Shown: positions 16,788 through 27,403 of the stretch, one piece after another
How positions within the stretch are numbered: the stretch's first letter is position 1
How the letters are laid out: every line of letters starts with the position of its first letter
From: an uncultured Rikenellaceae bacterium
GTDB taxonomy: Bacteria > Bacteroidota > Bacteroidia > Bacteroidales > VadinHA17
Direction: 5' to 3'
DNA length: 56,086 nucleotides
NCBI GenBank assembly: GCA_964612275.1
Contig: CAZTES010000003.1
Location: 2,834 to 58,919, forward strand
Notes under the pieces: generated by a model
The model's input: the letters and a program-made list of their open reading frames with translations, nothing else
Databases searched by the model: none
Told to the model about the DNA's origin: nothing
Position numbers and translations under genes: made by a program

Positions 16788-18191
16788 TTACATATTCAGG
16801 TTTGCGGTGGTACTCACCCAACCCTCGGTTTCATCGATTGTACGAATGAAGTAAAAACCGTTGAATTGACCAAGGACCAGGAAGTGATCGTCAGAAAAAA
16901 ATGTAGCAACCGGCACTCCGTTTTGTTCCGGAGTTTCCAGTAGCGGGAAGTGGTCAGGAAAGGTTTCGTGATCGATTTCATCCAATGCAAACACAACCTT
17001 TTCTTCCGGGAGATAACCGGTTCTGCCATCCGGCAATAAAACCCGGTACATGCTACCGGTGGCAGCTGTGATTTTCATGATTGCATGCATCTCCAACGTA
17101 TCTGCAGGTTGCGAGTGGGGATCAGGCCTTCCAAAGAGGGGAGATGATTTATTCAGTCTTACCAGCTTACTGATTATCAGAGTGTCAGACAGGATCCGGT
17201 CCGGAACCGTATCGGTCTCAGCAAGAAAATTCCAGGGATCTACGGGTCCTCTGCTATAGATCCCGAAATGGAGATGCGGACTTGTTCTCCTTGCATTTCC
17301 TGTGTTTCCAACTGTTCCTATGGTATCGCCCGGATTGACCCAGCGTACATCTTTTACGTCCTGTGTTTCCAGGTGGGCAAAATAGAGGTAAAGGACTCGC
17401 TTCGGTTCGTATAGCCACACATATCTTCCTCCGATGGCTCCTTCACCCACCCGCAAAACCTGCGCCTTGACAGGAGCAAGAACGGGGGTGTGCCTCGGGG
17501 CAAAAATATCCACACCATGATGCTCCCTCTTGCCACCATCCCTGGGATCTCCGAAAAAACTGAGGATCGCACTACTGTTTTTTCCGGAGACAGGAAATTT
17601 CAGTGAGGGTACCTCCCGGATCATTACATCAAACCGTCCACCCCGCAGGAGCTCGGGCTGAAGCCGGAGAATATAATATGCATCGCGCCTGGTTTCGAAC
17701 AGAATACGGGATGAATCCTCATCTGCAGTTGCCACGTGTATCCAGTCCGGTATGGAATCCCCCGCCTGTCGGAACAAATCAGCGAAAAGTATGAGGGAGT
17801 CGGACCCATGAATCGCGATCCTGACTTCAATGCGTAAACCCTGCTTTACGAAAAACCGGTAACCCAAAGCATCAGGAGTTTTCGGGCTGATGTAAAATGC
17901 TTCCCGGTAAGGCAATGTGATATCCGTGGGAGAAACAAGTGACCTCTGCGCAGCATGAACCCAATCCTTTCCAAGAGCTGTCACCGCCAGGTTTGCCTCC
18001 TCCAGAGCGTGTTCGTATGCCTCGTGATCTGGCCGGGGATAAAATATTTCCGGCACGATCTCTTTTTTGCAGCCGGTGAATAATAACACAGAAAGAATGA
18101 AAATCAACAGGAAGAATTTTGCAGCTGAATTAGAGGAGCAACCTGACCCGTAAAAAGTAATTTTTTTGAGCATAGATCTGAAGTTAAACAA
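16788..18191 (-). CDS. M23-family metallopeptidase lipoprotein with C-terminal SH3-like domains
   Basis: Lipobox FTGC; HHGVD (HxxxD), YFAHL, GTVGNTGNA, PHLHF; C-terminal GRTGYL and EGWV SH3-like motifs. Start codon uncertain. Confidence 0.88.
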   Translation of the reverse strand: MFNFRSMLKKITFYGSGCSSNSAAKFFLLIFILSVLLFTGCKKEIVPEIFYPRPDHEAYEHALEEANLAVTALGKDWVHAAQRSLVSPTDITLPYREAFYISPKTPDALGYRFFVKQGLRIEVRIAIHGSDSLILFADLFRQAGDSIPDWIHVATADEDSSRILFETRRDAYYILRLQPELLRGGRFDVMIREVPSLKFPVSGKNSSAILSFFGDPRDGGKREHHGVDIFAPRHTPVLAPVKAQVLRVGEGAIGGRYVWLYEPKRVLYLYFAHLETQDVKDVRWVNPGDTIGTVGNTGNARRTSPHLHFGIYSRGPVDPWNFLAETDTVPDRILSDTLIISKLVRLNKSSPLFGRPDPHSQPADTLEMHAIMKITAATGSMYRVLLPDGRTGYLPEEKVVFALDEIDHETFPDHFPLLETPEQNGVPVATFFSDDHFLVLGQFNGFYFIRTIDETEGWVSTTANLNM

Positions 18192-18274
18192 TGAAAAGAA
18201 GCCCCCTTTTATTAAAATGATCAGGATAGTTTATGAACAAAAACTGCCATTCAGTATTACCTGGCTCCCGTGAT

Positions 18275-19957
18275 TCAGATTGAATCGATCGCTTCTGTAA
18301 CATTGATAATATAGTCTCCAAGCTTTTCACATTCGGAAAAGAGATCGTTGTAGATTATCCCTGTTAGATAACTATATTCATTATTTTCGACGCTTTTCAG
18401 ATGTTGCTTTCTGAGTGCATTCCGCAGGTGGTTAATCTTTTCTTCCATTTCATCTGCTGCCTTTTTGTCAATCTCTTTGATACCTTTCTCCAGGTTCCTG
18501 TTCATAATTGCAAATGCCGTATCGATCAAACTGAACATCTGAAGCAGATTTTCATTTAATTTTTCTGAAAACTTAATGCGTTTTTTTCTCTTTCTGATCA
18601 TAGTCTTTGATAGATTATAGATACAATCAGAAATGGATTCAATTTCACTGATGATGGTAAACATGGACTGTAACCGGTTGGATGACAACCTACTCAATTC
18701 ACTTTCGCTCAGTTTTGTAAGGTATTTGGCAATTTCAACCTCAGTCTGGTCGTTTGCATTTTCGTAATCCTCGATTTTCCTGCAGGTCTTTTCAAATTTG
18801 TTTTCCTTATGCTCGGAAAATAATTTTTTAAACCGGTTAAACATCTTCTGAACTCTCTGGCCATAGAGTTCAATCTCCTTTTTCGCTTGCAAAAGACCAA
18901 GCTCTGAGGTGGAGATCATTCCAATGTTAATGTATTTCAGGTGGAATTCTTCCTCATCACTGTCGTGTCGTACCAGCCGTTTTGATAGTTTAGTCAGCAT
19001 GGGGATGAGCCAGATCAAACCGGAGGCATTCAATATATTGAATGATGAGTGAAAAATAGACAGAGCGATGGGTATGCTTCCGACATTGGAAAAAGGAGAC
19101 TCGCCACCCCAGGCAACCATCAGCCTGTCAATCATTACCAGGTATGGTTTAAAAATTATTAACATCCATAGGATTCCGAACACATTAGCCATGAAGTGAA
19201 TCCGTGCAGTCTGTTTGGCGGTTGTATTTACCACTGCTGCAGCAATGTTAGCAGTAATAGTGGTTCCAATATTTTCTCCCAATATCATCGCTGCTGCCAG
19301 GTCGAAACTTATCCAGCCGCTGTTGCACATGACGAGTGTGAGCGCTATTGTAGCACTTGATGACTGGATGGCGATTGTCAGTACAGTTCCAATGAACAGG
19401 AAAAGAAGTGTTCCGGATAATCCGGAATTTGAAAATCGGGATAAAAATTCTAAAATTTCCGGGTGATCATTGATATTTGGAACAGTTGATTTTAAGAACT
19501 CAAGACCCAGGAACAGCAGTGCAAATCCAATGATTACTTCACCCCAGGCACTGCGCGCGGTATTTCTTGAAAAAATGAGAGGGAATCCGATTCCGATAAG
19601 AGGCAGGGAAAGTGCACTGATGTTTACCTTAAATCCAAAAATGGAAATGATCCAGGCTGTAACCGTTGTGCCAATATTAGCACCAAGAATGACGCCGGCT
19701 GATTCTGTCAGACTCAGAAGACCAGCATTCACAAAACTGACTACCATTACCGAAGTTGCTGAAGAGGACTGGATGACCGCAGTGATCAGGAGACCGGTAA
19801 ATACCCCAAAAAACCGCCTGGATGTCATGGCTGCAAGGATATTTCGCATCTTGTCACCTGCAACCTTTTGAAGTGCTTCACTCATGAGTTTCATCCCATA
19901 CAGGAAGACTCCTAGCGAGCCAATAAGCTTCAGCAAATCAAGAAAACCGTATGCCAT
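18275..19957 (-). CDS. Na+/Pi cotransporter family protein with PhoU-like C-terminal domain
   Basis: Repeated QSSSAT motifs, GANIGTT and GENIGTT; helical PhoU-like tail. Confidence 0.93.
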   Translation of the reverse strand: MAYGFLDLLKLIGSLGVFLYGMKLMSEALQKVAGDKMRNILAAMTSRRFFGVFTGLLITAVIQSSSATSVMVVSFVNAGLLSLTESAGVILGANIGTTVTAWIISIFGFKVNISALSLPLIGIGFPLIFSRNTARSAWGEVIIGFALLFLGLEFLKSTVPNINDHPEILEFLSRFSNSGLSGTLLFLFIGTVLTIAIQSSSATIALTLVMCNSGWISFDLAAAMILGENIGTTITANIAAAVVNTTAKQTARIHFMANVFGILWMLIIFKPYLVMIDRLMVAWGGESPFSNVGSIPIALSIFHSSFNILNASGLIWLIPMLTKLSKRLVRHDSDEEEFHLKYINIGMISTSELGLLQAKKEIELYGQRVQKMFNRFKKLFSEHKENKFEKTCRKIEDYENANDQTEVEIAKYLTKLSESELSRLSSNRLQSMFTIISEIESISDCIYNLSKTMIRKRKKRIKFSEKLNENLLQMFSLIDTAFAIMNRNLEKGIKEIDKKAADEMEEKINHLRNALRKQHLKSVENNEYSYLTGIIYNDLFSECEKLGDYIINVTEAIDSI

Positions 19958-20224
19958 TGTTGGAAATTTAAGAATATAAAAATGGCAGAAAGAAAATTAA
20001 ATATAAAAATATTCCCGTTTTTTTTCTCGAATAGTTTTTAACAGCATGTTCTCCCCTCTTCTGTATCACCATTTTTATGGAATGCATGATGAATGTTAAT
20101 TTAAAACCGGTCTATTCATTTTTTTGTTACATTACAATTCTGTTCTATTATTTTATTACGATTATCGAACCGGTCCTGCAATTTTTCTTCAGAATGAACG
20201 GATCCGGTAAATAAAAAAAATATC

Positions 20225-20743
20225 ATGAACATTGAAGCTTTTTTTAAACTCACCTATGGATTGTATATTGTGAGTTCAGCCGCTGAAAAAAAACTGAACG
20301 GTTACATTTCTAATACCGTTTTCCAGGTGACAGCAGAGCCACCCAAACTGGCGATTAGCTGCAACAAGGATAATTACACGGCTTCCCTTATTCAAAAGAG
20401 CAGACATTTTTCTGTTTCGGTTTTACACCAGGATGTAAAAGCTGCCATCATTGGCAGTTTCGGTTATAAGAGCGGTGCTGATATTGACAAGTTTGAAGGG
20501 ATTGAATACAGGCACGGAACCACCGGCGTTCCAATCGTAATGGAAGATACAATAGCCTGGTTTGAATGCAGAGTGGAGCAGGAATATGATGTTGGAACGC
20601 ACCTGATGTTTATCGGAGAAATTGTAAACAATGAGATGATTGATCCCGGGAAAACACCCTTGACATACGCCCATTACCGGGAAGTTAAACGGGGTGTTGC
20701 CCCAAAGAATGCACCTACCTATATCGACAAATCCAAACTTTAA
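20225..20743 (+). CDS. Flavin reductase-family protein (resembles the reductase domain of high-molecular-weight rubredoxin)
   Basis: AFFKLTYGLYIVSS, NTVFQVTAEPP, FGYKSG, GTHLMFIGE, PLTYAHYREVKRGVAPKNAPTY. Confidence 0.88.
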   Translation: MNIEAFFKLTYGLYIVSSAAEKKLNGYISNTVFQVTAEPPKLAISCNKDNYTASLIQKSRHFSVSVLHQDVKAAIIGSFGYKSGADIDKFEGIEYRHGTTGVPIVMEDTIAWFECRVEQEYDVGTHLMFIGEIVNNEMIDPGKTPLTYAHYREVKRGVAPKNAPTYIDKSKL

Positions 20744-20846
20744 TAGAAAGAAGCACGAACAGGTGAATTAACGTTGCGCTGGCGGCTGAGGTGGTATGGC
20801 TTTGTCTGCTTTTGACATGGCCTGCTAACCATTATTTTTTCCTGAT

Positions 20847-23234
20847 TCACTCATACCGCAAGCTTTCCACCGGATTTTGTCCAGCAACTTTTATGATATT
20901 GAATATCATGGTAAGGTAAGAGACAAGCGCTGTAAAAACAAAAGCAAACAAGAATATCCATGCCTGGACTGGAAACCGTTGCGTAAAATGTTGGAGCCAA
21001 TTGTCCATCAGGTAATAGGCAATTGGAATGGAAATGATGGATGAAACCAGCAGGTTCCAGAAAAGATTTATTGAAAAGAGAGAAACGATATTCGGCGAGG
21101 CGGCACCCATTGCTTTTCGGATTCCTATCTCCTTTGATCGCTCTTTAGAAACATGAGATACCACAGCATATAATCCAAGACAGGATATGATAATAGCAAC
21201 TGCTGAGAAGAATTCAAAAAGCAGGGTGTTTCTTTTTTCATTTTCATAGAGAGAATCAAAACGTTTATCGAGGTATTCATATTCAAAGGGTTGTTCCGGA
21301 TTGTACTCTTCCCAGAGTTTCTTCATGATCGCAATAATCTCATTTTCCCTTCCCTCCGGGAATTTTACCAGAATACTGCCCTGGTTATACATCCAGGGCA
21401 GTATGAATGAATCATAGATATAAAATACAGCCGGTTCAACGTCTTTCTTTAATGATCTGAAATGAGCATTATGAACAACACCGATTATCTCACCTCTCCG
21501 CTGGCTATTCCACAATCGTTTACCAACAGGATTTTCAAGCCCTATCTGATCTACAGCTTTTTGATTAATAATGAACGCTTCTGTCTTGTCAGACAGGATA
21601 TCCTGAGTGAAATTACGCCCTGCAGTGAGCTTCATCCCGATAACATTTAAAAAATTATATTCAACCGCAAAAATATCCACAATAACATTCTCATTTTCTT
21701 GCTGCCCTTCCCAATAGACATAATCCTGACCGCCTGAAAAGAACGGCCTGCTCTGAAGGGTGATACCCTCGATAAAGGGATTCTTCAGTAATTCCTGCTT
21801 TATTAGGTCAAACCTTTCAACAAATGGTTCACGGGCAGGAATCATGATGATATTCTTGCGGTTGAATCCCAGGTCATAGGTAAGCATAAAATTCAACTGC
21901 CTGACACTGATAATTGTACAGACAATTAAAACCATGGATACGGCAAACTGGATGATTAATAGAATATTCCTTGTCTTTATATTTCGTGTTTTGAAGCTGC
22001 TATCAATTCTGAAAATAAATGAAGGACTGAGACTGGAGAGTAACAGGTTGGGATACAATCCGCCAACAACAACGGCCAGTGTAAATATTCCATATAAAAG
22101 CAATCCTCCAAAAAATCCTATCCCTGTTTCACTGATATTGGCATTTGTGAAATTGATAAATTGGGGTTTTACCAGTTCTACAATACTTGCCGAAATAAAA
22201 AATGAAACAGTAATGAAAATCATTGATTTGGTCATCAATTCCATGAATAGTTTCCTCCTGCTGTTACCCAAGGTCTTTTTAATAGCGATATTTCTCAGGT
22301 TCTTTAGCTGGTCAACGAAAACGAAAATAGTGAAGTTAATGACCGAAAAAATTAAGATAAGAAGTGCAATGACACCAAAAAAATAGAGTTTCGATTTTCG
22401 CTCGGTTCGGGCGACTTCTGATCCAAGTCCGGTAGTGAAATGGATATCCGATAGAGCCTGAAGTCCCGGTTCCATCTGTAACCGTGAAATGATTTCATTG
22501 TTTTGTTTTGCCAGTTCCGATATTTTCCTGTCCAAAGCGGGAATATCGGGTTGGTTTTCAAGGGTAACATAACAATAGTTGTTCCAGGGATGCGTAATAC
22601 CAAATCGCTTTAGAAGATCATGGGGTATGAGGATATCAAACGTGAGATGGGAATTATCCGGCCAGGATTTAAACACACCGCCAACCATTACAACGAGCGA
22701 ATCAATCTTGAAAGACTGGTTGATGGCTGATCTGTTCCCAAAATATTTATTTGCAGTTTCCTCACTGATGTATACCTCAAAAGGATCTCTCATGGGCTTA
22801 TTCCCATTCGATGCCATAATAGAAAATGAGAATATATTAAAGAAAGATGAATCAACCGCTGCAATTCCGGACTCATAAAATAGTTTTTCTCCCTTTTGCA
22901 CAACACATCTGTCGAATGGTTTGAAACGTGCACAATAGCCAATTTCCGGTATGTTTGCCTGTAACAAGGGTTGAATATCGGCATGCATCTCAGCGAACCC
23001 TGCAGAATTGTTGGCACCTGATTGAGCAATGATCACCCGGTAGATTTGATCATACTTTTCATGAAAACGGTCAAAGGTAGCCTGATAGACTAACCACAAA
23101 TAGATCAGGATCACACTGGTCATTCCGATAACGATTCCAAGGAGGATAAGAGCGGAACTCTTTTTCTTTTGTAAAATTGTTCGAAGGAGTGCTTTCAGAT
23201 TCACCGCATTGCGGGTTTGGGTAAATTTACTCAA
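20847..23234 (-). CDS. MacB/FtsX-type ABC transporter permease (Bacteroidota duplicated type)
   Basis: DRFHEKYDQIYRV, IQFAVS, LGFNRKN, RSKEIGIRKAMGA, NPVESLRYE. Start codon uncertain (TTG or GTG). Confidence 0.92.
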   Translation of the reverse strand: MSKFTQTRNAVNLKALLRTILQKKKSSALILLGIVIGMTSVILIYLWLVYQATFDRFHEKYDQIYRVIIAQSGANNSAGFAEMHADIQPLLQANIPEIGYCARFKPFDRCVVQKGEKLFYESGIAAVDSSFFNIFSFSIMASNGNKPMRDPFEVYISEETANKYFGNRSAINQSFKIDSLVVMVGGVFKSWPDNSHLTFDILIPHDLLKRFGITHPWNNYCYVTLENQPDIPALDRKISELAKQNNEIISRLQMEPGLQALSDIHFTTGLGSEVARTERKSKLYFFGVIALLILIFSVINFTIFVFVDQLKNLRNIAIKKTLGNSRRKLFMELMTKSMIFITVSFFISASIVELVKPQFINFTNANISETGIGFFGGLLLYGIFTLAVVVGGLYPNLLLSSLSPSFIFRIDSSFKTRNIKTRNILLIIQFAVSMVLIVCTIISVRQLNFMLTYDLGFNRKNIIMIPAREPFVERFDLIKQELLKNPFIEGITLQSRPFFSGGQDYVYWEGQQENENVIVDIFAVEYNFLNVIGMKLTAGRNFTQDILSDKTEAFIINQKAVDQIGLENPVGKRLWNSQRRGEIIGVVHNAHFRSLKKDVEPAVFYIYDSFILPWMYNQGSILVKFPEGRENEIIAIMKKLWEEYNPEQPFEYEYLDKRFDSLYENEKRNTLLFEFFSAVAIIISCLGLYAVVSHVSKERSKEIGIRKAMGAASPNIVSLFSINLFWNLLVSSIISIPIAYYLMDNWLQHFTQRFPVQAWIFLFAFVFTALVSYLTMIFNIIKVAGQNPVESLRYE

Positions 23235-23460
23235 AAAAGATATACGGTCCCATGTATTCCATGAAAGAAGAGAGTATCGGAATAACCGGACCTGAAATAT
23301 ATAAAAGTTCTGCCATTTCCTACCTGTCTGCTTTTATAAATGGTTCCGTTGTATCATTTTTTTTACTCCCGGGATGGATTATCCTTGGAAATTCCCTATT
23401 TTGGGATAACCTTTTTCCCGTTGTTGTTTTATCCATTTTCTCATTCAAGATCTTCCTCAA

Positions 23461-24906
23461 ATGAAAAAACTGCTCTTCTTGTTTGTTTCGATTTTACTAA
23501 TTCACTGTTCTGGGCCAGGTGATCCGCAACCCTATGGAGTAGTTCCAAGCGAGCGTCAGCTGGAATGGCACAAACTGAAGTATTATGCTTTTATCCATTT
23601 CAGTCCCAATACATTTACCGACAAGGAGTGGGGTTATGGAGATGAAGACCCTGCTATTTTTAACCCAACTGAACTGGATTGCCGGCAATGGGCAAGGGTG
23701 GCGAAAGAAGCCGGGATGGAAGGGATTGTGATCACCGCAAAACACCACGACGGGTTTTGCCTCTGGCCATCAGCCTATACCGAACATTCGATAAAAAATT
23801 CACCCTTCCGGGGTGGAAAAGGGGATATCCTTCAGGAACTGCGGGAGGCATGCGATGAGTACGGTTTGAAATTGGGGATATACCTTTCTCCCTGGGACCG
23901 GAACCATGCTGCTTATGGCACCGCTGAATACATCACCTATTACAGGAACCAGTTAAAGGAATTACTGACGAATTATGGTGAAATCTTTGAAGTCTGGTTT
24001 GATGGAGCCAATGGTGGTGACGGGTATTATGGAGGGGCAAATGAAATGAGGAGAATTGATAACAGGACTTATTATGACTGGGCAAATACCCACAAAATTG
24101 TCAGAGACTTGCAACCCATGGCGTGCATGTTCAGTGATGGCGGACCGGATATTCGCTGGATTGGCAACGAGCAGGGGTATGCTGCAGAAACAAACTGGTG
24201 TACCATGAACAGCGGCCGGTTGTACCCGGGTGTGGGTGGAGTAAATGAGATACTACAAAAAGGTCAGGAAAACGGGGATCTGTGGCTCCCGGCTGAAGTG
24301 AATACATCCATCCGGCCAGGTTGGTTCTATCACCCGGCAGAAGATAACAAAGTGAAATCGATAAAACAATTGGTTGATAACTGGTACCATTCGGTTGGAA
24401 TGAATGGTAATTTCATCCTGAACCTTCCGGTTGACCGGCGGGGGCTGATCCATGAAAACGATGTGAAGGCATTGATGGGATTGAAGAAATATGTCGATGA
24501 AGCGTTTTCAATCGACTATGTACGTGATGCAGATTGTTCTGCCTCTGATGTGAGGGGCAGGTCTCGGAAATATAGTGCTGCAATGGTTAATGATGGGAAT
24601 AATGATACCTATTGGGCAGTGAATGATGCTGTCCTGAATTCCTCGCTTGAGTTCGATTTTCAGGAACCGGTGATGGTGAATGCTTTGCTGATCAGGGAAT
24701 ATATCCGTTTGGGTCAGCGCATTTGCTCCTTTACCGTTGAAGCGATGATGGGAGGGGAGTATCAGGAAGTGGCAACCGGAACTACAATCGGAAACCGCCG
24801 GATCGTGAAATTCCCAATGGTTGAAACGGAGGCATTGAGAATAACTCTGGATGCCATGGCACCACCGGTCATTTCAACCATCGAAGTATACCGCGTCCCG
24901 GAATAA
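23461..24906 (+). CDS. Alpha-L-fucosidase (GH29) lipoprotein with F5/8 type C domain
   Basis: FIHF, ITAKHHDGFCLWPS, YLSPWD, nucleophile WFDG, RPGWFYH. Confidence 0.93.
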   Translation: MKKLLFLFVSILLIHCSGPGDPQPYGVVPSERQLEWHKLKYYAFIHFSPNTFTDKEWGYGDEDPAIFNPTELDCRQWARVAKEAGMEGIVITAKHHDGFCLWPSAYTEHSIKNSPFRGGKGDILQELREACDEYGLKLGIYLSPWDRNHAAYGTAEYITYYRNQLKELLTNYGEIFEVWFDGANGGDGYYGGANEMRRIDNRTYYDWANTHKIVRDLQPMACMFSDGGPDIRWIGNEQGYAAETNWCTMNSGRLYPGVGGVNEILQKGQENGDLWLPAEVNTSIRPGWFYHPAEDNKVKSIKQLVDNWYHSVGMNGNFILNLPVDRRGLIHENDVKALMGLKKYVDEAFSIDYVRDADCSASDVRGRSRKYSAAMVNDGNNDTYWAVNDAVLNSSLEFDFQEPVMVNALLIREYIRLGQRICSFTVEAMMGGEYQEVATGTTIGNRRIVKFPMVETEALRITLDAMAPPVISTIEVYRVPE

Positions 24907-24923
24907 CTGACCGGAGGTCAAGT

Positions 24924-24949
24924 CCTTTCCTGATCTTGGCTACTCAGGA
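24924..24949 (+). repeat. CCTT-footed mini-hairpin element
   Basis: CCTT TCCTGA N10 TCAGGA; same layout as 10435-10464 and 33580-33596. Confidence 0.55.
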
Positions 24950-24986
24950 TTGGGACAAGCGCTGTGTCAAGCATGGAAATGCAAAT

Positions 24987-25101
24987 CGTCATGCTGAACT
25001 TGTTTCAGCATCTCATTAATGTGAAAACAGATTCCGATCCGCACGCAGTCGCTGAATCCGCCTTTAGCGGAGTAGGCGCCCGATTGGCGGAGGAAATGAC
25101 C
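24987..25101. repeat. REP-like doublet with nested hairpin insertions
   Basis: GTCATGCTGAACTTGTTTCAGCATCT...AGATTCC...GAAATGAC. The right half contains ATCCGC...GGCGGAG, which itself contains ATCCGCCTTTAGCGGAG. Confidence 0.65.
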
Positions 25102-25165
25102 TCTACAGCGAAATAAGGTTGATATAACACAAGATGTAAACCATGGATAAATCCGTCATAAAAGC

Positions 25166-25978
25166 ATGAAAAAGAGAATTGTATGGATGACAATTACAGT
25201 ATTGATCCTCCTAGCTGTGATCTTTCATTCCCGCTTGGGACAATTTATTTCTACAATTACTGCGCGCCTTTCTGCTCCTCCCATCGTACTCATGATCGAT
25301 GAGATAGGGGATGGAATTACAGTGGATACCACTGCCCAGCTACTCAAAAAAACCGGTTTCTGGTTATCCTATAACGAGATGTATGAGCAGGCAGACTGGA
25401 CGGCTTATATACTCACCAGGGAGATGGTGGAAAGAGGGAACATACCCCGGAGTGATGATTTCAGACCGGATACTGCAGTAGTGACAGGATCAGCTCAACT
25501 GGGTGATTACCGGGGAAGCGGTTACCACCGGGGGCACCTCGTCCCTGCCGGGGATATGACCTGGTCGGAAATAGCCATGAGTGAGTCATTCTTATTAAGC
25601 AACATGAGCCCCCAGGTTGCCGGTTTCAACCAGGGAATTTGGAAGCGGCTTGAGAATAGGGTCCGCACCTGGGCGGTCGAAAACGATAGCATTTATGTGA
25701 TCACCGGACCGGTCCTGATGAATGTGGAGGAAACGATCGGGGAAAACAGCATTGGAGTACCCGGCTATTATTTTAAAATTATCGTGGATATATCCTATCC
25801 AACCTACAAGGGCATTGGGCTCCTGATGAAGAACGAATCCAACCCGGCCGACATTTTTACGTTTGCCGTAACCATCGATTCCCTGGAAGAACTGCTGAAT
25901 GTTAACTTCTTTCCAACCCAACCGATCCGGGATATCGAATACGTCGAAAGCAGAGTGGATGTGAATCAATGGAGATAA
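25166..25978 (+). CDS. DNA/RNA non-specific endonuclease (NucA/EndoG family)
   Basis: GYHRGHLVPAGD, SNMSPQ, FNQGIWKRLE, VPGYYFKI; N-terminal membrane anchor. Confidence 0.93.
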   Translation: MKKRIVWMTITVLILLAVIFHSRLGQFISTITARLSAPPIVLMIDEIGDGITVDTTAQLLKKTGFWLSYNEMYEQADWTAYILTREMVERGNIPRSDDFRPDTAVVTGSAQLGDYRGSGYHRGHLVPAGDMTWSEIAMSESFLLSNMSPQVAGFNQGIWKRLENRVRTWAVENDSIYVITGPVLMNVEETIGENSIGVPGYYFKIIVDISYPTYKGIGLLMKNESNPADIFTFAVTIDSLEELLNVNFFPTQPIRDIEYVESRVDVNQWR

Positions 25979-26256
25979 ACCATTTTCCTTTCGTTTTGCT
26001 GGATATCACCATGTTGTGTTTACCCCTTCTTACAGTATCGGAGATTTTCTGACCATCTTTAGGAGACTACTCCTGAGTAACTATGGAGCTAAAGAGCATT
26101 TCTTATTGTAAATCAAAAACTCAACGATTAACAGAAAGAGTGGAAATGCAATGCTCAAAACAATCTGAGTATCCAATCCTATTCCATTCCCGTTTGCAAG
26201 TGAGTTGAGGATATTAAACATCAGGCAGATGGAATATAAATCCCATAACTGGAATG

Positions 26257-26360
26257 GTTTATCGATTCTTTCTTACCGGATATCAACCAATCGGATCATT
26301 TGGTCGATTTATGAATTAATGGATTGTCTCGCAGTCATTATTAATGTAAATTTACATTTG
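26257..26360 (+). promoter_or_regulatory. Putative LytTR-type direct repeats plus -7 box upstream of the lytS/lytTR operon
   Basis: TCGAT, TCAAC and TCGAT at 21-bp period (26262, 26283, 26304); TACATTTG at 26353-26360. A near-copy lies at 33713-33785. Confidence 0.5.
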
Positions 26361-26377
26361 AATAAGGTTTGCTTTTC

Positions 26378-27403
26378 ATGTCGAGACTTGCTGAAGTAAT
26401 ATTGCATGTTGCTTTGTGGATTGTGTTCACTGCAATCTTATTAATGGGTGCTGTAACATCAAAGTCTCCTGAGTATTTTGCAGATGTTTTACGCAATGTA
26501 CAATCATTACTTTATTGCATCCCGTTATTCTATTTATTCTATTCTTTTTTGGTACCACGCATTCTTGCACGAAGGAAGATACTTACATTTTTGCTATTAA
26601 GTATTGTTACAATTACCATTACCGGTAATATCATATGGCTGGTCGATACCACAAATCCAATCAAGGAACTCACAGCATCTGACCAATGGACTGATTTATG
26701 GTGGAGAAGGTATGTAAGGGGCATGATAATCTCCTGCTATATTTCATTGTTGTCTATCGTTATCCGATTTGGAGTAGATTGGTTCCGGAACCAACAAATA
26801 CGATTAGAGTTAATAAATAAAAACCAGGCAAGCGAACTGGCATTGATGAAATCCCAGATCAATCCGCATTTTCTGTTCAACACGCTGAATAATATCTATA
26901 GTCTTGCTAACCGGCACGATGATAGAGCACTGGATGCGATGGTGAAATTATCTGGTATCATGAGGTACCTGATTTACGATACTCAGGCGGACCGGGTTTC
27001 ATTGGAGAAGGAGGTGGAATATCTTGAGAATTATCTTGAATTGCAACGTCTGCGCCTGCGTGATCCGGGTTCGGTTAAGTATACGATTGACGGGGAGATG
27101 GGGGAACTTGAAATCGCTCCGATGCTGTTGATCCCATTTGTTGAAAATGCATTCAAACATGGAGATAAAAAAGCGAAAGTTCCGGCCATAAAAATCGAAC
27201 TTGATGTGCGATCAAACAGGTTAATTTTTAACGTAAGGAATTCTATTCCGGAAAGGGTAATTGAAAAAGACCAGACAGAGGGAATTGGTTTATCGAACCT
27301 GAGAAAAAGACTCGAGATACTGTATCAACACAGGCATAAACTAAAAATTTCCGATCAGAATGGAATTTATCAGGCATATCTTGAAATCAAGTTAAACAAA
27401 TAA
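26378..27403 (+). CDS. LytS/YehU-family sensor histidine kinase
   Basis: Four TM helices; ELALMKSQINPHFLFNTLNNIY, PFVENAFKHG, GIGLSNLRKRL. Confidence 0.95.
   Translation: MSRLAEVILHVALWIVFTAILLMGAVTSKSPEYFADVLRNVQSLLYCIPLFYLFYSFLVPRILARRKILTFLLLSIVTITITGNIIWLVDTTNPIKELTASDQWTDLWWRRYVRGMIISCYISLLSIVIRFGVDWFRNQQIRLELINKNQASELALMKSQINPHFLFNTLNNIYSLANRHDDRALDAMVKLSGIMRYLIYDTQADRVSLEKEVEYLENYLELQRLRLRDPGSVKYTIDGEMGELEIAPMLLIPFVENAFKHGDKKAKVPAIKIELDVRSNRLIFNVRNSIPERVIEKDQTEGIGLSNLRKRLEILYQHRHKLKISDQNGIYQAYLEIKLNK

Noticed and set aside
20847-23234. ABC permease lacking an adjacent ATPase
   Set aside because: Orphan MacB/FtsX permease paralogues are common in Bacteroidota.
25021-25101. tRNA or structured ncRNA in GC-rich intergenic hairpins (also 48259-48320)
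   Set aside because: There is no cloverleaf, T-loop or CCA pattern. The sequence is better explained by nested palindromic repeats.
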